Virus record (IMG/VR): IMGVR_UViG_3300032291_003679
Coordinates: 32,001 to 96,000 of that record
DNA length: 64,000 nucleotides
Direction: 5' to 3' (one strand)
Source: a virus
The notes under the pieces are model-generated. The model ran no database searches, had not been told where the DNA came from, and saw only the letters and a list, made by a program, of their open reading frames with translations. This document shows positions 37,347 to 46,977 of this stretch, piece by piece. A program made the translations under genes and the position numbers. Within the stretch, counting starts at the first letter, position 1; every line of letters begins with the position of its first letter.

Positions 37347-37998
37347 CGTCGCTGAAATCCCTGTAACTTGACTCTTCTTGTGAGTCAGATACTACTTCAG
37401 CATCAATGATGTCAGCGTCAGTTTCTCTATGTTTAGAGAGAATTGAACGAACTGTTTCTTCTGGCAAAACTCCAGATATTGCCATAAGTTCCAAAAGTTT
37501 TCTTGCTTCTGATTCTGCGTCAAAACCGGAGGCTGGGGTCGTAACGCCAGGTTGACCGGCAATTGTGGCTCGAATTTGTGAACTTATATTTCCGTCAACA
37601 TTTACATTGACATTTGTTTGCTCCATACCGAGCAATTTCGTTCTTCTGTCCATAATTGACAAAACTTGTTGAATTGCCTTGAGGTCTGGTTCTACCTGCA
37701 TCTCTGTGCCATCGTCCATCACAACGCGTCTGTGCTGCGTCATGGGCCAGATTGCTTGCTGGAGGTTGTCTAGACGCTCTAGCTCCATTCTGAGGACCTC
37801 TGGATAGGCCAGAATGGCCTCTTTGTTCATCTTCTCTAGCTGGCGCTGTATAGAGCGTGAAACGGAAGACGTAGAAATGCCAAATCTTCTGGCTATCTCA
37901 TTGACAGACGTGCCAGCTTGACGCATCTTGAAGATACGCATGTCTCTTTCGTTAAGAAACTCTTTGGTTGTAATCGGTTTTGACTTTTCGTCGCTCAT
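37330..37998 (-). CDS. HTH protein, probable terminase small subunit
   Basis: N-terminal HTH (AGTSVNEIARRFGISTSSV) plus ELERLD...IMDRRTKLLG, typical of actinophage TerS-like proteins. Confidence 0.6.
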   Translation of the reverse strand: MSDEKSKPITTKEFLNERDMRIFKMRQAGTSVNEIARRFGISTSSVSRSIQRQLEKMNKEAILAYPEVLRMELERLDNLQQAIWPMTQHRRVVMDDGTEMQVEPDLKAIQQVLSIMDRRTKLLGMEQTNVNVNVDGNISSQIRATIAGQPGVTTPASGFDAESEARKLLELMAISGVLPEETVRSILSKHRETDADIIDAEVVSDSQEESSYRDFSDDEPGQ

Positions 37999-39839
37999 TT
38001 AACAGCCTTAGACCACTCAAGGACCTCAAACGGGAATCTGACGCCTCTCTTCATTTTAGTAGGCCATTGGCGTTCGTCACGTGCACCACGGAAATGTCGC
38101 ACATCGTAAACATAGGCCCCCAAAGCAGTTGGGTCTGGCTGGAGAGAGATGCCGAACTCTGGCCAGCGCGACCAAACGGCAGAACCAAAGGGTCGCAGGT
38201 CTCGACTTGTCATGCTCGTGCCCAGCGGTGCGTGATGTTCAATCCAGAGAGCACACTTATAGACAGTTCTAATTGTGTCAAGATATTTAGCCACTTCCAG
38301 AGCGATTGACTCAGAAGTTCTACCACCTGGGTCAAGAAATGCCTTATACAGGGGGCCAATACAAACGAGTTCTGGCTTTACTCTGTCTAATGTGTCTTCA
38401 AGAATTGCTCTGTCGCTTGCTTTCAGTAAGTCCATTCCCGATGGGCGTGTTAAGAGTTCGGCATTCAGTCGTGAAACTCGCCCGTGAGACATTGCCTGCA
38501 TTGCAATTGAGCGACCAGTTCTGCGAATAATACGGTCAGGGTTTTCAAGGTCCACCGTAAGAGTTTTGATAGGAGCCATTGGCTGAAATGAAAACGGATG
38601 AATTCCAGCAGCAGAAAGAAGCGCCACCTGACGGGCAAGCATTGTCTTTCCTACACCCTCAGCAGCAACAACAATAACTCTCTCTCCTCGTTCGATTAAT
38701 CCAGGGATAGCCCATTCATAAGAGTCACCGTCTGTCTCGTTTAAGAACTCGTTCCAGTGAACAAGACGGCCAGTATCAAGAGTGGAGGAAACTGTTGCAG
38801 TTGAAAGAATCAAATTGCTTTTAGCTATTTTTTGTTTTGCATTCAGGTCGTCTCGCTCAAGCATTTCTTTCAACTTGAGAAGAGCGAGTCCCTCTGGAGA
38901 GGCCTCTTCGTCTAGCGGCTGTTTTTGAACCTGGACTTCATTAAATCCATCATCCGAAACATGTGAAGAATTTGCTTCTGCGTATTCTTCGTATGCAATT
39001 AGTCCGTCGATTGAGTATCCAGCAGATAGGTGGTCTGTTATGTCTTTGTGTGACGGACAGACCCACACCTGAGCATCGCATCCTGCTTCGATAAGTTTCT
39101 GCTGAACATCAAGGGCGTGCTTTATTCCGACATCATCATTATCGGCAACAATTTCAACCAAATTATTGGCAAGTGCTTCGGTATGTATGTCCAACCATTT
39201 GCCAGCACCGCCTGGCATCGTTGTTGCAATGAAGCCAGCCTCTATGAGAGTGTCTGCGTCTTTCTCACCCTCTACAACCCATATCGGCGCATCGTATGTT
39301 TTTGCTGAAAGAACTGCTGGGAGATTGTAAAGAACCTTTGGAACGTCACCAAGGCTGTATTCCCATCCACCCTTTCCGTCAGGCTTGCGTTGACGAAAGT
39401 TTTTCTTACCGTCTTCGTCTACGTAGCGAAGCTTTTGGAAAAGAAGAAGACCGTTCTCGTCGGTGTACTCATAAGTCGCAACAAGTGTTTGTTTTTTTGG
39501 TGGTTCCACCTGTTTTGGTGTAGAAGGTTTTTGTTCTTGTTTTTTTGGAGCAACTGGCGTCTTTTTGTCCGTCTTATACGAATGTTCAAACTCATCTTTT
39601 TTTGGCATTAAGTCAGAGACGGTTAGACCCACAGAAGCACATATCTCTTCCACGTTGCATGACATGCCTCGATGGCAAGTAAGAAGAACGCGTCCATCAG
39701 CACCCTGTCCTACTGAAAGGGAAGGGTTTGAGTCGTCGTTTCTGCACGGACAACGCGCCACCCATCCTGCCCCTGCTCGACGAACGCCCTCTAGGAGCCC
39801 AAGAAAATTTTCTGTTTCTTCTGATGGAACTGTTGTCAT
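37995..39839 (-). CDS. primase-helicase (Zn finger + TOPRIM + RepA/AAA_25 helicase)
   Basis: RCPC..CHRG..C; VEGEKD..ADND; AAEGVGKT; GSAVW. Confidence 0.9.
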   Translation of the reverse strand: MTTVPSEETENFLGLLEGVRRAGAGWVARCPCRNDDSNPSLSVGQGADGRVLLTCHRGMSCNVEEICASVGLTVSDLMPKKDEFEHSYKTDKKTPVAPKKQEQKPSTPKQVEPPKKQTLVATYEYTDENGLLLFQKLRYVDEDGKKNFRQRKPDGKGGWEYSLGDVPKVLYNLPAVLSAKTYDAPIWVVEGEKDADTLIEAGFIATTMPGGAGKWLDIHTEALANNLVEIVADNDDVGIKHALDVQQKLIEAGCDAQVWVCPSHKDITDHLSAGYSIDGLIAYEEYAEANSSHVSDDGFNEVQVQKQPLDEEASPEGLALLKLKEMLERDDLNAKQKIAKSNLILSTATVSSTLDTGRLVHWNEFLNETDGDSYEWAIPGLIERGERVIVVAAEGVGKTMLARQVALLSAAGIHPFSFQPMAPIKTLTVDLENPDRIIRRTGRSIAMQAMSHGRVSRLNAELLTRPSGMDLLKASDRAILEDTLDRVKPELVCIGPLYKAFLDPGGRTSESIALEVAKYLDTIRTVYKCALWIEHHAPLGTSMTSRDLRPFGSAVWSRWPEFGISLQPDPTALGAYVYDVRHFRGARDERQWPTKMKRGVRFPFEVLEWSKAVK

Positions 39840-40177
39840 TGCATAACTCGTGTCGGTGGGGGAAGAAGAAGGTTAACAGGAACGCGAGGGATTGGAATAA
39901 TATTTAGCTGTTTGCGAATCTTGTGTCGTTCACGTTCGGTCGCCCCTCCCCATATGCCAAACATTTCGTGATAGAGGGCATACGAAAGACACTCATGTTT
40001 AATCTTGCATGTGTCGCATATTTTTTTGGCAGTCTCAGTATCTTCTCTTGCCTTGCGATAGTTCTGGGAAAATTGTCCTGGCTGCGACTTATCAGCCATC
40101 GGAAACCAAATCTCAGGGTCTTGCCCTACGCATTTTCCGCCACGCGGAAGTTCGTCAATACGACGAATTTCTTTCAT
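39836..40177 (-). CDS. whiB: WhiB-family Fe-S transcription factor
   Basis: C..DPEIWFP, AKKICDTC..C, GIWGG.TERER. Confidence 0.95.
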   Translation of the reverse strand: MKEIRRIDELPRGGKCVGQDPEIWFPMADKSQPGQFSQNYRKAREDTETAKKICDTCKIKHECLSYALYHEMFGIWGGATERERHKIRKQLNIIPIPRVPVNLLLPPPTRVMQ

Positions 40178-40204
40178 TACGCCCTCCCTAAATATTAACG
40201 GGGG

Positions 40205-40618
40205 CTAGGTGTCCCCCGCAATGCGATTAACATCGCGTGCAGAAAGATACACGACTGCGCTGCGAATTACAAGGACCCCGTTCATATCTTCTGCAGCTAC
40301 GTCAACAGCTTCCATCGGAACGCCAATTCTTGCAGCAATTGCCGCTCGTGTTTTTTCAATGCGTGTTTCTTCTTCTGCAAGGTTGTCATCGTAAAAAACG
40401 CTCTGCACTGGAGGAGCCGAAAGCTTTTTAAGTTCCACTGCCTGCTCTTCCGCGCGCAGACACCACATGCAGGCTATTTCGTCAGAAGTTGCAGCTCGCT
40501 TACGGACGTCAACATGCCCACATTCAAGCTTGTGGTTGTACGTAAGCTGTCCCCATCTGCCTATCTTTTCGATAGATACGATTTTTTTGCGTGGGGCGCG
40601 TCGTCTTTCTGTAGTCAT
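40205..40618 (-). CDS. hypothetical protein (CGH...CxxC)
   Basis: 137-aa ORF. Confidence 0.65.
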   Translation of the reverse strand: MTTERRRAPRKKIVSIEKIGRWGQLTYNHKLECGHVDVRKRAATSDEIACMWCLRAEEQAVELKKLSAPPVQSVFYDDNLAEEETRIEKTRAAIAARIGVPMEAVDVAAEDMNGVLVIRSAVVYLSARDVNRIAGDT

Positions 40619-40646
40619 CCGGCAAGAGACTTCTTACCGTAGCTTT

Positions 40647-41081
40647 TCAGCGCTTAAAAAGCTTTGAAAAGAAACGCTTTAGAAGACCATTCTTGGCATT
40701 GAGGTCAATCTCAATCTTGTCGTTCTTTACTGAAATCAGTCCTTCAGACTCTTCCTCAGCGAAATCCTTGGCCCATTCAACAATTGTGTCACGAGTATCG
40801 TCAAGGAAGTCGATTTTGATTGCATCCGCAGCATTCAGGGCTTCCATCAACTCTTTATGCATGTTCTCGTGTGCCTCGATAGAAGTAATCGCTTCATATA
40901 CCGACTCAACTGTCTGCTTTGCCTTCTTAGGTGCTGCAGCCTTCTTTGCTGGGGCCTTCTTGACCGCCTGCTTTTTTGCTGGAGCCTTTTTAGCCGCCTG
41001 CTTCTTAGCTGGAGCTTTTTTAGATGCAGGCTTCTTGGCTGATTGCTTTTTGGTTGTGTTCTTTTTCTTGCTTTCGCTCAT
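40647..41081 (-). CDS. second histone H1-like protein (PAKK repeats + acidic C-domain)
   Basis: KKAPAKK repeats; TAATGT 6 nt before ATG. Confidence 0.75.
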   Translation of the reverse strand: MSESKKKNTTKKQSAKKPASKKAPAKKQAAKKAPAKKQAVKKAPAKKAAAPKKAKQTVESVYEAITSIEAHENMHKELMEALNAADAIKIDFLDDTRDTIVEWAKDFAEEESEGLISVKNDKIEIDLNAKNGLLKRFFSKLFKR

Positions 41082-41173
41082 GGCCAAACATTAGCGCATT
41101 GTTGGGCTGCGTGCAGGAAAAGATGTTTATTTGTTTACCTCAAAATAAAAGGGTTCGGGTCTAGGATTCTTTC

Positions 41174-41812
41174 GTGGAGCAGTATGTCAACGATTTTAGT
41201 AAAATGGCGCTTGCGCTCACCTCTGCTCAAATGGCGAAAGACGATGCCATCCATGAGCATGGTGTTGGCGAAGAAATAGCCATTCATTTTCTTGCATGGA
41301 TTGACGATGCATTAATTGCCATATGTCAGATGAATGCAGAAACCAGCAAGCTGGACCCTGAAGAGCGGTTCAATAGATGTAAAGAGTTATGTAAAATACT
41401 AAGAAAAGACCTTTGGTGTACTGCTTTGACAATGGTCTCCGAGGGGTACTGTTCCTTGGATTCATCAAAAACGAACAATATGGACCTGGCTGCAGCATTC
41501 GCCGACCCAAAACTCCCCGTCTACGAGTGCATAACCATCACTCACGTATCCATAGACGAAGACTCTGGACACATAGCGCCGGTCTCCATGGTTGCAGCCC
41601 CTTATAAAATGGGGGTTGGCCGTAAGGTTGACTGGAAAGAGGTGCTCGTGTACCCCGAAAAAGCGGAACAGTACACAAAGCAGACAAAATACCCAGCCAT
41701 GCTTCGCAGGGTCCTTCAGATGCCTCCAGATGAACCAACGAATGACGAGAGCCTCAATGCTGCTGCCCTGAATATCGCCAATCTGGGTTTTGCCATGCAG
41801 AGCATTATTTAG
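41174..41812 (+). CDS. hypothetical protein
   Basis: 212 aa; TAGGAT 6 nt before GTG. Confidence 0.7.
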   Translation: MEQYVNDFSKMALALTSAQMAKDDAIHEHGVGEEIAIHFLAWIDDALIAICQMNAETSKLDPEERFNRCKELCKILRKDLWCTALTMVSEGYCSLDSSKTNNMDLAAAFADPKLPVYECITITHVSIDEDSGHIAPVSMVAAPYKMGVGRKVDWKEVLVYPEKAEQYTKQTKYPAMLRRVLQMPPDEPTNDESLNAAALNIANLGFAMQSII

Positions 41813-41825
41813 ATAATATATTAAA

Positions 41826-42161
41826 GTGAACCCTTTTTATACAAGCCCTGGATTTGGTGAAATATCTATTTTCGAGGACCCGTCAGGCGAAGTTAGAATA
41901 GCTAGAGCAGACAGACTTCCTTGTCCGGTGTGTGGACACCTAACCGGGGACTGTACTGGCGATAGCGAGCCACTAGACCAAGAAAAAGTGTGGGGCTTTA
42001 ACACAAATTCATCTCTCGACAACTCTGTCACTTTTTATTTAGAAGACGACTACATCGAAGAAAGAGAAATAGCGCCAGGAATTGTGACAAAAATAGTTAT
42101 CCACAAGAAGGGTAAAAACATCCCTCTTGCGGAAGCAAAAAATCTCGGCCTCGTAAAATAA
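41826..42161 (+). CDS. hypothetical protein (CxxCGH..C)
   Basis: TAATAT 6 nt before GTG. Confidence 0.65.
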   Translation: MNPFYTSPGFGEISIFEDPSGEVRIARADRLPCPVCGHLTGDCTGDSEPLDQEKVWGFNTNSSLDNSVTFYLEDDYIEEREIAPGIVTKIVIHKKGKNIPLAEAKNLGLVK

Positions 42162-42249
42162 ATCTCATCGTCTCTCGACTTTTTCTTTATTCAAATTTGC
42201 GCTACACTCGTTTCCTCAAGTTGTTAACCGACCTACATGACAGGAAATT

Positions 42250-44175
42250 ATGAGCCTTATCGATAATGAATTCGTTGCTTCGTACGCAAACCGCCCGGTT
42301 CCATGGGGCTTTAACGGAATGGGGGAAATTGTATTTCTCCGTACGTATAGCCGCACAAAAGACAATGGAAGCATTGAGACATGGCCAGAAACAATTCAGC
42401 GTGTCATTAACGGTGCAGTAGAAATCGGTGTTCCATATACACGTGAAGAAGCTGAAGAGCTTTTCGACCACATGTATCACCTTCGTTGCTCAATGAGCGG
42501 TCGCGCATTGTGGCAGCTGGGCACATCAATGGTTGCACGCTTCGGTGGTGCATCACTCAATAACTGCTACTTCACAAACATTGAAAAAGTAGATGACTTT
42601 GAGTTCCTTTTTGACTACCTCATGCTTGGTGGAGGTGTTGGCTTCTCTGTAGAGCGTTCGAAGATTCACGACCTTCCAAAGATTAAGACAGGCGTAACAA
42701 TTACGCACGAACGAACCAACGATGCCGACATTATTGTTCCAGACAGCCGCACTGGGTGGCGTCGCCTTCTTCACAGCGTTCTCAAGTCGTATTTCGACAC
42801 AGGCAAGTCATTCAGCTACTCAACTATTTTGATTCGTGAATTCGGAGCACCGCTTAAGACGTTTGGCGGAACAGCAAGTGGCCCAGGAGCGCTTATTGAC
42901 GGCATTACCGATATTTGTAAAGTCCTGGATAACCGTGTCGGTAAGAAATTGAGGTCAGTCGATGTTTTGGATATTTGTAACATTATTGGTCGCATTGTTG
43001 TTTCCGGCTCGTCTAGGCGGTCGGCGCAAATAGCAATGGGTGACCCAGACGACGTTCTTTTCCTTCGTGCAAAGAACTGGGGCTCAGGAAACATCCCAGG
43101 CTGGAGAGCAAACAGCAACAACTCTCTTTACGCAGACGGCTGGGAAGAAATGCCAGCAGAACTTTGGCGTGGATATGACGGTTCTGGTGAGCCATATGGT
43201 CTTGTTAACCGCAAGCTTGCTCGTACCTATGGACGCCTCGGAGAAAAGCGCCCAGACCCAACAATCGAAGGCTTTAACCCATGCGCCGAAATTGGATTGG
43301 CTGACGGAGAGTCGTGCAACCTTGCAACAATCTTTTTGCCAAACATCGAATCCCTCTCGCAGCTTTTGTCTATCTCACGACTTCTCTATATGACGCAAAA
43401 GCAAATCACACGTTTGCCATACCCATATGAAAAAACAACATCAATCGTAAGAGCGAATGCACGCCTTGGTCAGAGCATCACTGGTGTTTTGCAGGCGACA
43501 GAACAACAGATTGAATGGCTTGATACAACATACAAGTATCTCCGCGACCTGGACAAGGAGTATTCGGCAGAAAAGGGATTCCCTGAATCAGTCCGCATGA
43601 CGACAGTTCAGCCATCTGGAACTCTTTCTCTGTTGCCTGGGGTGACACCAGGAGTACACCCAGCATTTGCTCCGTACTACATCCGTCGTGTTCGTTTCGG
43701 CTCGGCTGACCCGTTGGTTGACGCTTGTCGTAAGCGTGGATACAAAGTTGTTTGGGATATTGGCATTGATGGTCGTGAAGACCACACGCGCTACGTTGTT
43801 GAATTCCCATGCATGTCGCCAGAGGGTTCAACCATGGCAAAAGACATGACTGCAGTTGAACAACTTGAGTGGGTAAAGAAGATGCAAACAGAATGGGCTG
43901 ATAACGCTGTTTCTGTAACCGTCTATTACCGCAAGGAAGAACTTGACAGCATCAAAGAATGGCTATCCAAGAATTACGACAAGGGCGTGAAATCTGTGTC
44001 ATTCCTTCTTCACAGTGACCACAACTTCGTATTGCCCCCATATGAGGAAATCGCAAAAGAGGCCTACGAAAAGATGGTGTCGAAGATTGATTTCTCTATT
44101 CCTTTGGTGCAAGAGAAGTTCAATGGCGATATTGACATGGATGATTGCGCAACTGGAGCATGCCCTGTAAAGTAG
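42250..44175 (+). CDS. nrdJ: class II (adenosylcobalamin-dependent) monomeric ribonucleotide reductase
   Basis: LNNC, GGGVG, RRSA, NPCAEI, QPSGT and C-terminal CATGACP. Confidence 0.95.
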   Translation: MSLIDNEFVASYANRPVPWGFNGMGEIVFLRTYSRTKDNGSIETWPETIQRVINGAVEIGVPYTREEAEELFDHMYHLRCSMSGRALWQLGTSMVARFGGASLNNCYFTNIEKVDDFEFLFDYLMLGGGVGFSVERSKIHDLPKIKTGVTITHERTNDADIIVPDSRTGWRRLLHSVLKSYFDTGKSFSYSTILIREFGAPLKTFGGTASGPGALIDGITDICKVLDNRVGKKLRSVDVLDICNIIGRIVVSGSSRRSAQIAMGDPDDVLFLRAKNWGSGNIPGWRANSNNSLYADGWEEMPAELWRGYDGSGEPYGLVNRKLARTYGRLGEKRPDPTIEGFNPCAEIGLADGESCNLATIFLPNIESLSQLLSISRLLYMTQKQITRLPYPYEKTTSIVRANARLGQSITGVLQATEQQIEWLDTTYKYLRDLDKEYSAEKGFPESVRMTTVQPSGTLSLLPGVTPGVHPAFAPYYIRRVRFGSADPLVDACRKRGYKVVWDIGIDGREDHTRYVVEFPCMSPEGSTMAKDMTAVEQLEWVKKMQTEWADNAVSVTVYYRKEELDSIKEWLSKNYDKGVKSVSFLLHSDHNFVLPPYEEIAKEAYEKMVSKIDFSIPLVQEKFNGDIDMDDCATGACPVK

Positions 44176-44179
44176 CGTT

Positions 44180-44638
44180 ATGGCTAAATTTGCATCCTAT
44201 GAGGAGCGCTTCTTTCAGAAAGTCGACAAGACGGATTCTTGTTGGATTTGGAAAGGAGCGCTCAGCTCAAAGGGTTACGGGTCTTTCAGTTTTAATCGCA
44301 AAACGACCTTAGCTCATCGTTATTCTTTTTTAATTCATAAGGGGCCAATCCCAGACGGTGCTGTGATTTGTCATACATGCGATATTCCGTCCTGCGTTAA
44401 TCCGGAACATTTGTGGGCTGGAACTAACTCGGAAAACACAAGAGATATGTTCAACAAGGGACGGGAACCAATTTCATGCAAAGAACAGACACATTGTAGA
44501 AGAGGTCATAGTTTCGATGAGTTTGGAGTTCTTGTTTATACAAAAAAAACAGGCAGACAAATTGGGAAACAATGGAGAACCTGTAAAGAATGCAAAAGAA
44601 TAAACGACGCATCAAGGCTCAAGAAAAATAAAAAATAA
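44180..44638 (+). CDS. free-standing HNH homing endonuclease
   Basis: CWIWKG..GYG..AHR..HTCD..CVNPEHL..N plus C-terminal CRRGH..CKEC. Confidence 0.9.
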   Translation: MAKFASYEERFFQKVDKTDSCWIWKGALSSKGYGSFSFNRKTTLAHRYSFLIHKGPIPDGAVICHTCDIPSCVNPEHLWAGTNSENTRDMFNKGREPISCKEQTHCRRGHSFDEFGVLVYTKKTGRQIGKQWRTCKECKRINDASRLKKNKK

Positions 44639-44643
44639 TTTAG

Positions 44644-44719
44644 GCGTCGGTGGCCAAATGGATAAGGCAACAGACTTCTAATCTGTCGATTGCAGGTTCG
44701 AATCCTGCCCGACGCGCCA
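44644..44719 (+). tRNA. tRNA-Arg(TCT)
   Basis: Canonical cloverleaf; loop CT-TCT-AA; encoded CCA. Confidence 0.95.
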
Positions 44720-44740
44720 ATTTATGTATAAACTTTGCGT

Positions 44741-45106
44741 ATGAAAGAATACATAGGTTCAGACCCTGATTTTCAAAATATTCTCGACCACTTTGCTGAC
44801 AACGTTCCAGCGACAATTGATTGCGGATATGGGTGGGCTGAACTGATTAGAGAGTGCGATGATGCTTTATTTATCGCCGACCCAAACTACACGATTTCTC
44901 AAGTAAAAGAAAAGTTTGGCGGACTTCGTTTCTATTTTAATCCAACAGACATGAATCAGTACAGCAAGATGAGTTCAACAATTATGGCGATTGAAGAGAA
45001 GTCTCTTGAGATGTGTGAGGAGTGTGGAGCGCCTGGTTATCGCCGGCGATGGAATGGCACTGGCTATATGTATACATCTTGTGATGAACACGAGAAAAAG
45101 GACTAA
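44741..45106 (+). CDS. conserved phage hypothetical protein
   Basis: GW..L..QVKEKFGGLRFY..CEECG. Confidence 0.75.
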   Translation: MKEYIGSDPDFQNILDHFADNVPATIDCGYGWAELIRECDDALFIADPNYTISQVKEKFGGLRFYFNPTDMNQYSKMSSTIMAIEEKSLEMCEECGAPGYRRRWNGTGYMYTSCDEHEKKD

Positions 45107-45212
45107 CTACTCCCACATTTCAGGGTTTGGGTGTTTTGCGGCTTTCCGAAAGCCGATTGATGCTTTTGCAGCAACGAATGAGCCAACCAGGACGGCTGCC
45201 CATCCAATAAGC

Positions 45213-45668
45213 CTAGTTATTTTTGTTTTCACGGATTGGACCACCGGTAACCCATGCTCTGCATGTTCTCTTTGAGGCACACTTGAAGTCAAAGGCCTCA
45301 CAGAAGCCAAGCTCTCCTGCCGCATCAATTGCTTCCCATTCATCATTATTTGCGTCACCAACAAGTCCTGACTTTATGCATGACTTCATCTCTGGCGTAA
45401 CTATAAACACTGCGCAATTACCACATAGTTGTTTCTTGGCGTCAGCTGCAGAAACTTCCCATTCTTCCGCCATCTTGTCCCAGTATTTAGCGTTTTCTTC
45501 GCCAGGATTTAGTGGTCCGTAGTCTGCCACGGCTATTGCTTTTGCTCTATTCTTTAAGTTGACTGCAACATCTTTTGTCGCCGTAGGGCACTTCTCTGCG
45601 TCAGCTTTTTCTTCGATGCGTATTCCGCTTATTGGGCCCCTGTAGGAACCCCATGTAATCTCTGTCAT
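45213..45668 (-). CDS. Cys-rich conserved phage head-region protein
   Basis: CP.AT..NLKNR..YGP; CGNC..F..GFC..FKC..TC..W. Confidence 0.7.
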   Translation of the reverse strand: MTEITWGSYRGPISGIRIEEKADAEKCPTATKDVAVNLKNRAKAIAVADYGPLNPGEENAKYWDKMAEEWEVSAADAKKQLCGNCAVFIVTPEMKSCIKSGLVGDANNDEWEAIDAAGELGFCEAFDFKCASKRTCRAWVTGGPIRENKNN

Positions 45669-46066
45669 TTCTTAAACTCGTCCCATGTTTTATCTCCGGC
45701 ACCGAAATAGGCTCTTGCATATCCTGAAGAAACTATATCTTCATTGAGGCAAGCAGTCTGCTCAGACTTTACGTCTTTGTCTGAATATATCTGGGCAAGT
45801 ATTCTTCCGTATTTGTCGTCCTTGCCGGCGATGGTCTTCAAGAACACTGTTTGATGTCTTGTTGTCCAGTCGGCTGTAAAGGTTTTTGCCTTCAGGCCCA
45901 TTTCTTTTTCTGCCAAGTCTTTTGTTCGTGATTCTGGAGTATTAACTCCGTAGAGTCGTACTCGTGCTTTATGGTGGATGTTGAACCCAAGGTCAATCAT
46001 GACGTCCAATGTGTCTCCATCGATGACTTTTAAGACTTTAGCCGTATACCAGTATTGCTCAGCCAT
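45665..46066 (-). CDS. staphylococcal-nuclease (thermonuclease)-like protein
   Basis: VIDGDT, RLYGVNTPE and DKYGRILA motifs. Confidence 0.9.
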   Translation of the reverse strand: MAEQYWYTAKVLKVIDGDTLDVMIDLGFNIHHKARVRLYGVNTPESRTKDLAEKEMGLKAKTFTADWTTRHQTVFLKTIAGKDDKYGRILAQIYSDKDVKSEQTACLNEDIVSSGYARAYFGAGDKTWDEFKK

Positions 46067-46874
46067 TTGACTTCTTCTTGCGTCGCTTTGACATTACTTT
46101 CGCCGCGTGTGCCATACGTCTACGTGCTTCAGAATCTTCTGGCATATACGAGGTCATTGCTTTCTCCGAAGCCCCCATGTGCACTAAATTTCCCCTAACA
46201 GCAAGACGAACGATTCTTTCGTCTTCAAAATTAATCTCATCTACGTCGTCAACTATTCCGCTCCACAAGCCCGCCATGTCCGGGTCGTTGCGGTGGGATA
46301 AGAAATTTTGATTCGCTGTCTTATTGAATACATCAAACTCAAAGTCGGACTTCTTTTTCTTTTTTGAGTTTTCGTATCTCTCTAGAAGTCTTCTACCTTT
46401 AGCAGCAAGTCTTCTTGCGTCTTCCATGTCTTGAGGAACCGGCTCTCCCCATGCTGCAGCAGACAAGGCTAGACGTGTTGAACGGCCTTTTTCATCTTTC
46501 ATCGGTCCAGATGGATTAGTGAAGAATCTAGTGAGAAACGAACCTTTTCTTCTCATCTTCTGTGGAGTATTGGCTGCACCCATAACTCCGGGCTTAAGGT
46601 TCGCGCCTTCTTTTCTCTTGAAGTATGCGCGACCTGCTGCCGTGAGTCCACCCTTAGGGTCTCTTAAGACTGGCTTCTTTGCCCCTTTTTTCATAACGTC
46701 GTTAAGTCGTTCTGACGTGTAGTACTCATCGAAAAGCGGCTGCATCTCAATTCGCTTGAGTTCTACAAGTGATTGCTCGGTAATTTGCCCTAGGGCCAAT
46801 TCTGCCTCTATTTGGTCAGATATTCCCTGAAGCTCTTCATAGAGCTTTTCTGTGTCATCAATAGGATTTGTCAT
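46059..46874 (-). CDS. conserved phage protein (DUF6321-like central domain)
   Basis: DPKGGLTAAGR..NLKPGV..RRKGSF..RLALS..W. Confidence 0.65.
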   Translation of the reverse strand: MTNPIDDTEKLYEELQGISDQIEAELALGQITEQSLVELKRIEMQPLFDEYYTSERLNDVMKKGAKKPVLRDPKGGLTAAGRAYFKRKEGANLKPGVMGAANTPQKMRRKGSFLTRFFTNPSGPMKDEKGRSTRLALSAAAWGEPVPQDMEDARRLAAKGRRLLERYENSKKKKKSDFEFDVFNKTANQNFLSHRNDPDMAGLWSGIVDDVDEINFEDERIVRLAVRGNLVHMGASEKAMTSYMPEDSEARRRMAHAAKVMSKRRKKKSNG

Positions 46875-46907
46875 ATAGATAATCTTCTCATATTTTGTGG
46901 CTACAAA

Positions 46908-46959
46908 AGAGAAACCCCCGGTTTCACCACATTTAAGTGGCTACTTCCGGGGGCTTCTC
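46908..46959 (-). terminator. intrinsic terminator after the capsid gene
   Basis: GAGAAGCCCCCGG...CCGGGGGTTTCTC stem followed by TTTT on the minus strand. Confidence 0.75.
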
Positions 46960-46977
46960 CTGAAGTGCTAAACGCTA

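Noticed and set aside
42250-44175. Intron, intein or cobalamin riboswitch associated with nrdJ
   Set aside because: The ORF is continuous and of normal monomeric NrdJ length, and the upstream gap is too short for the riboswitch.
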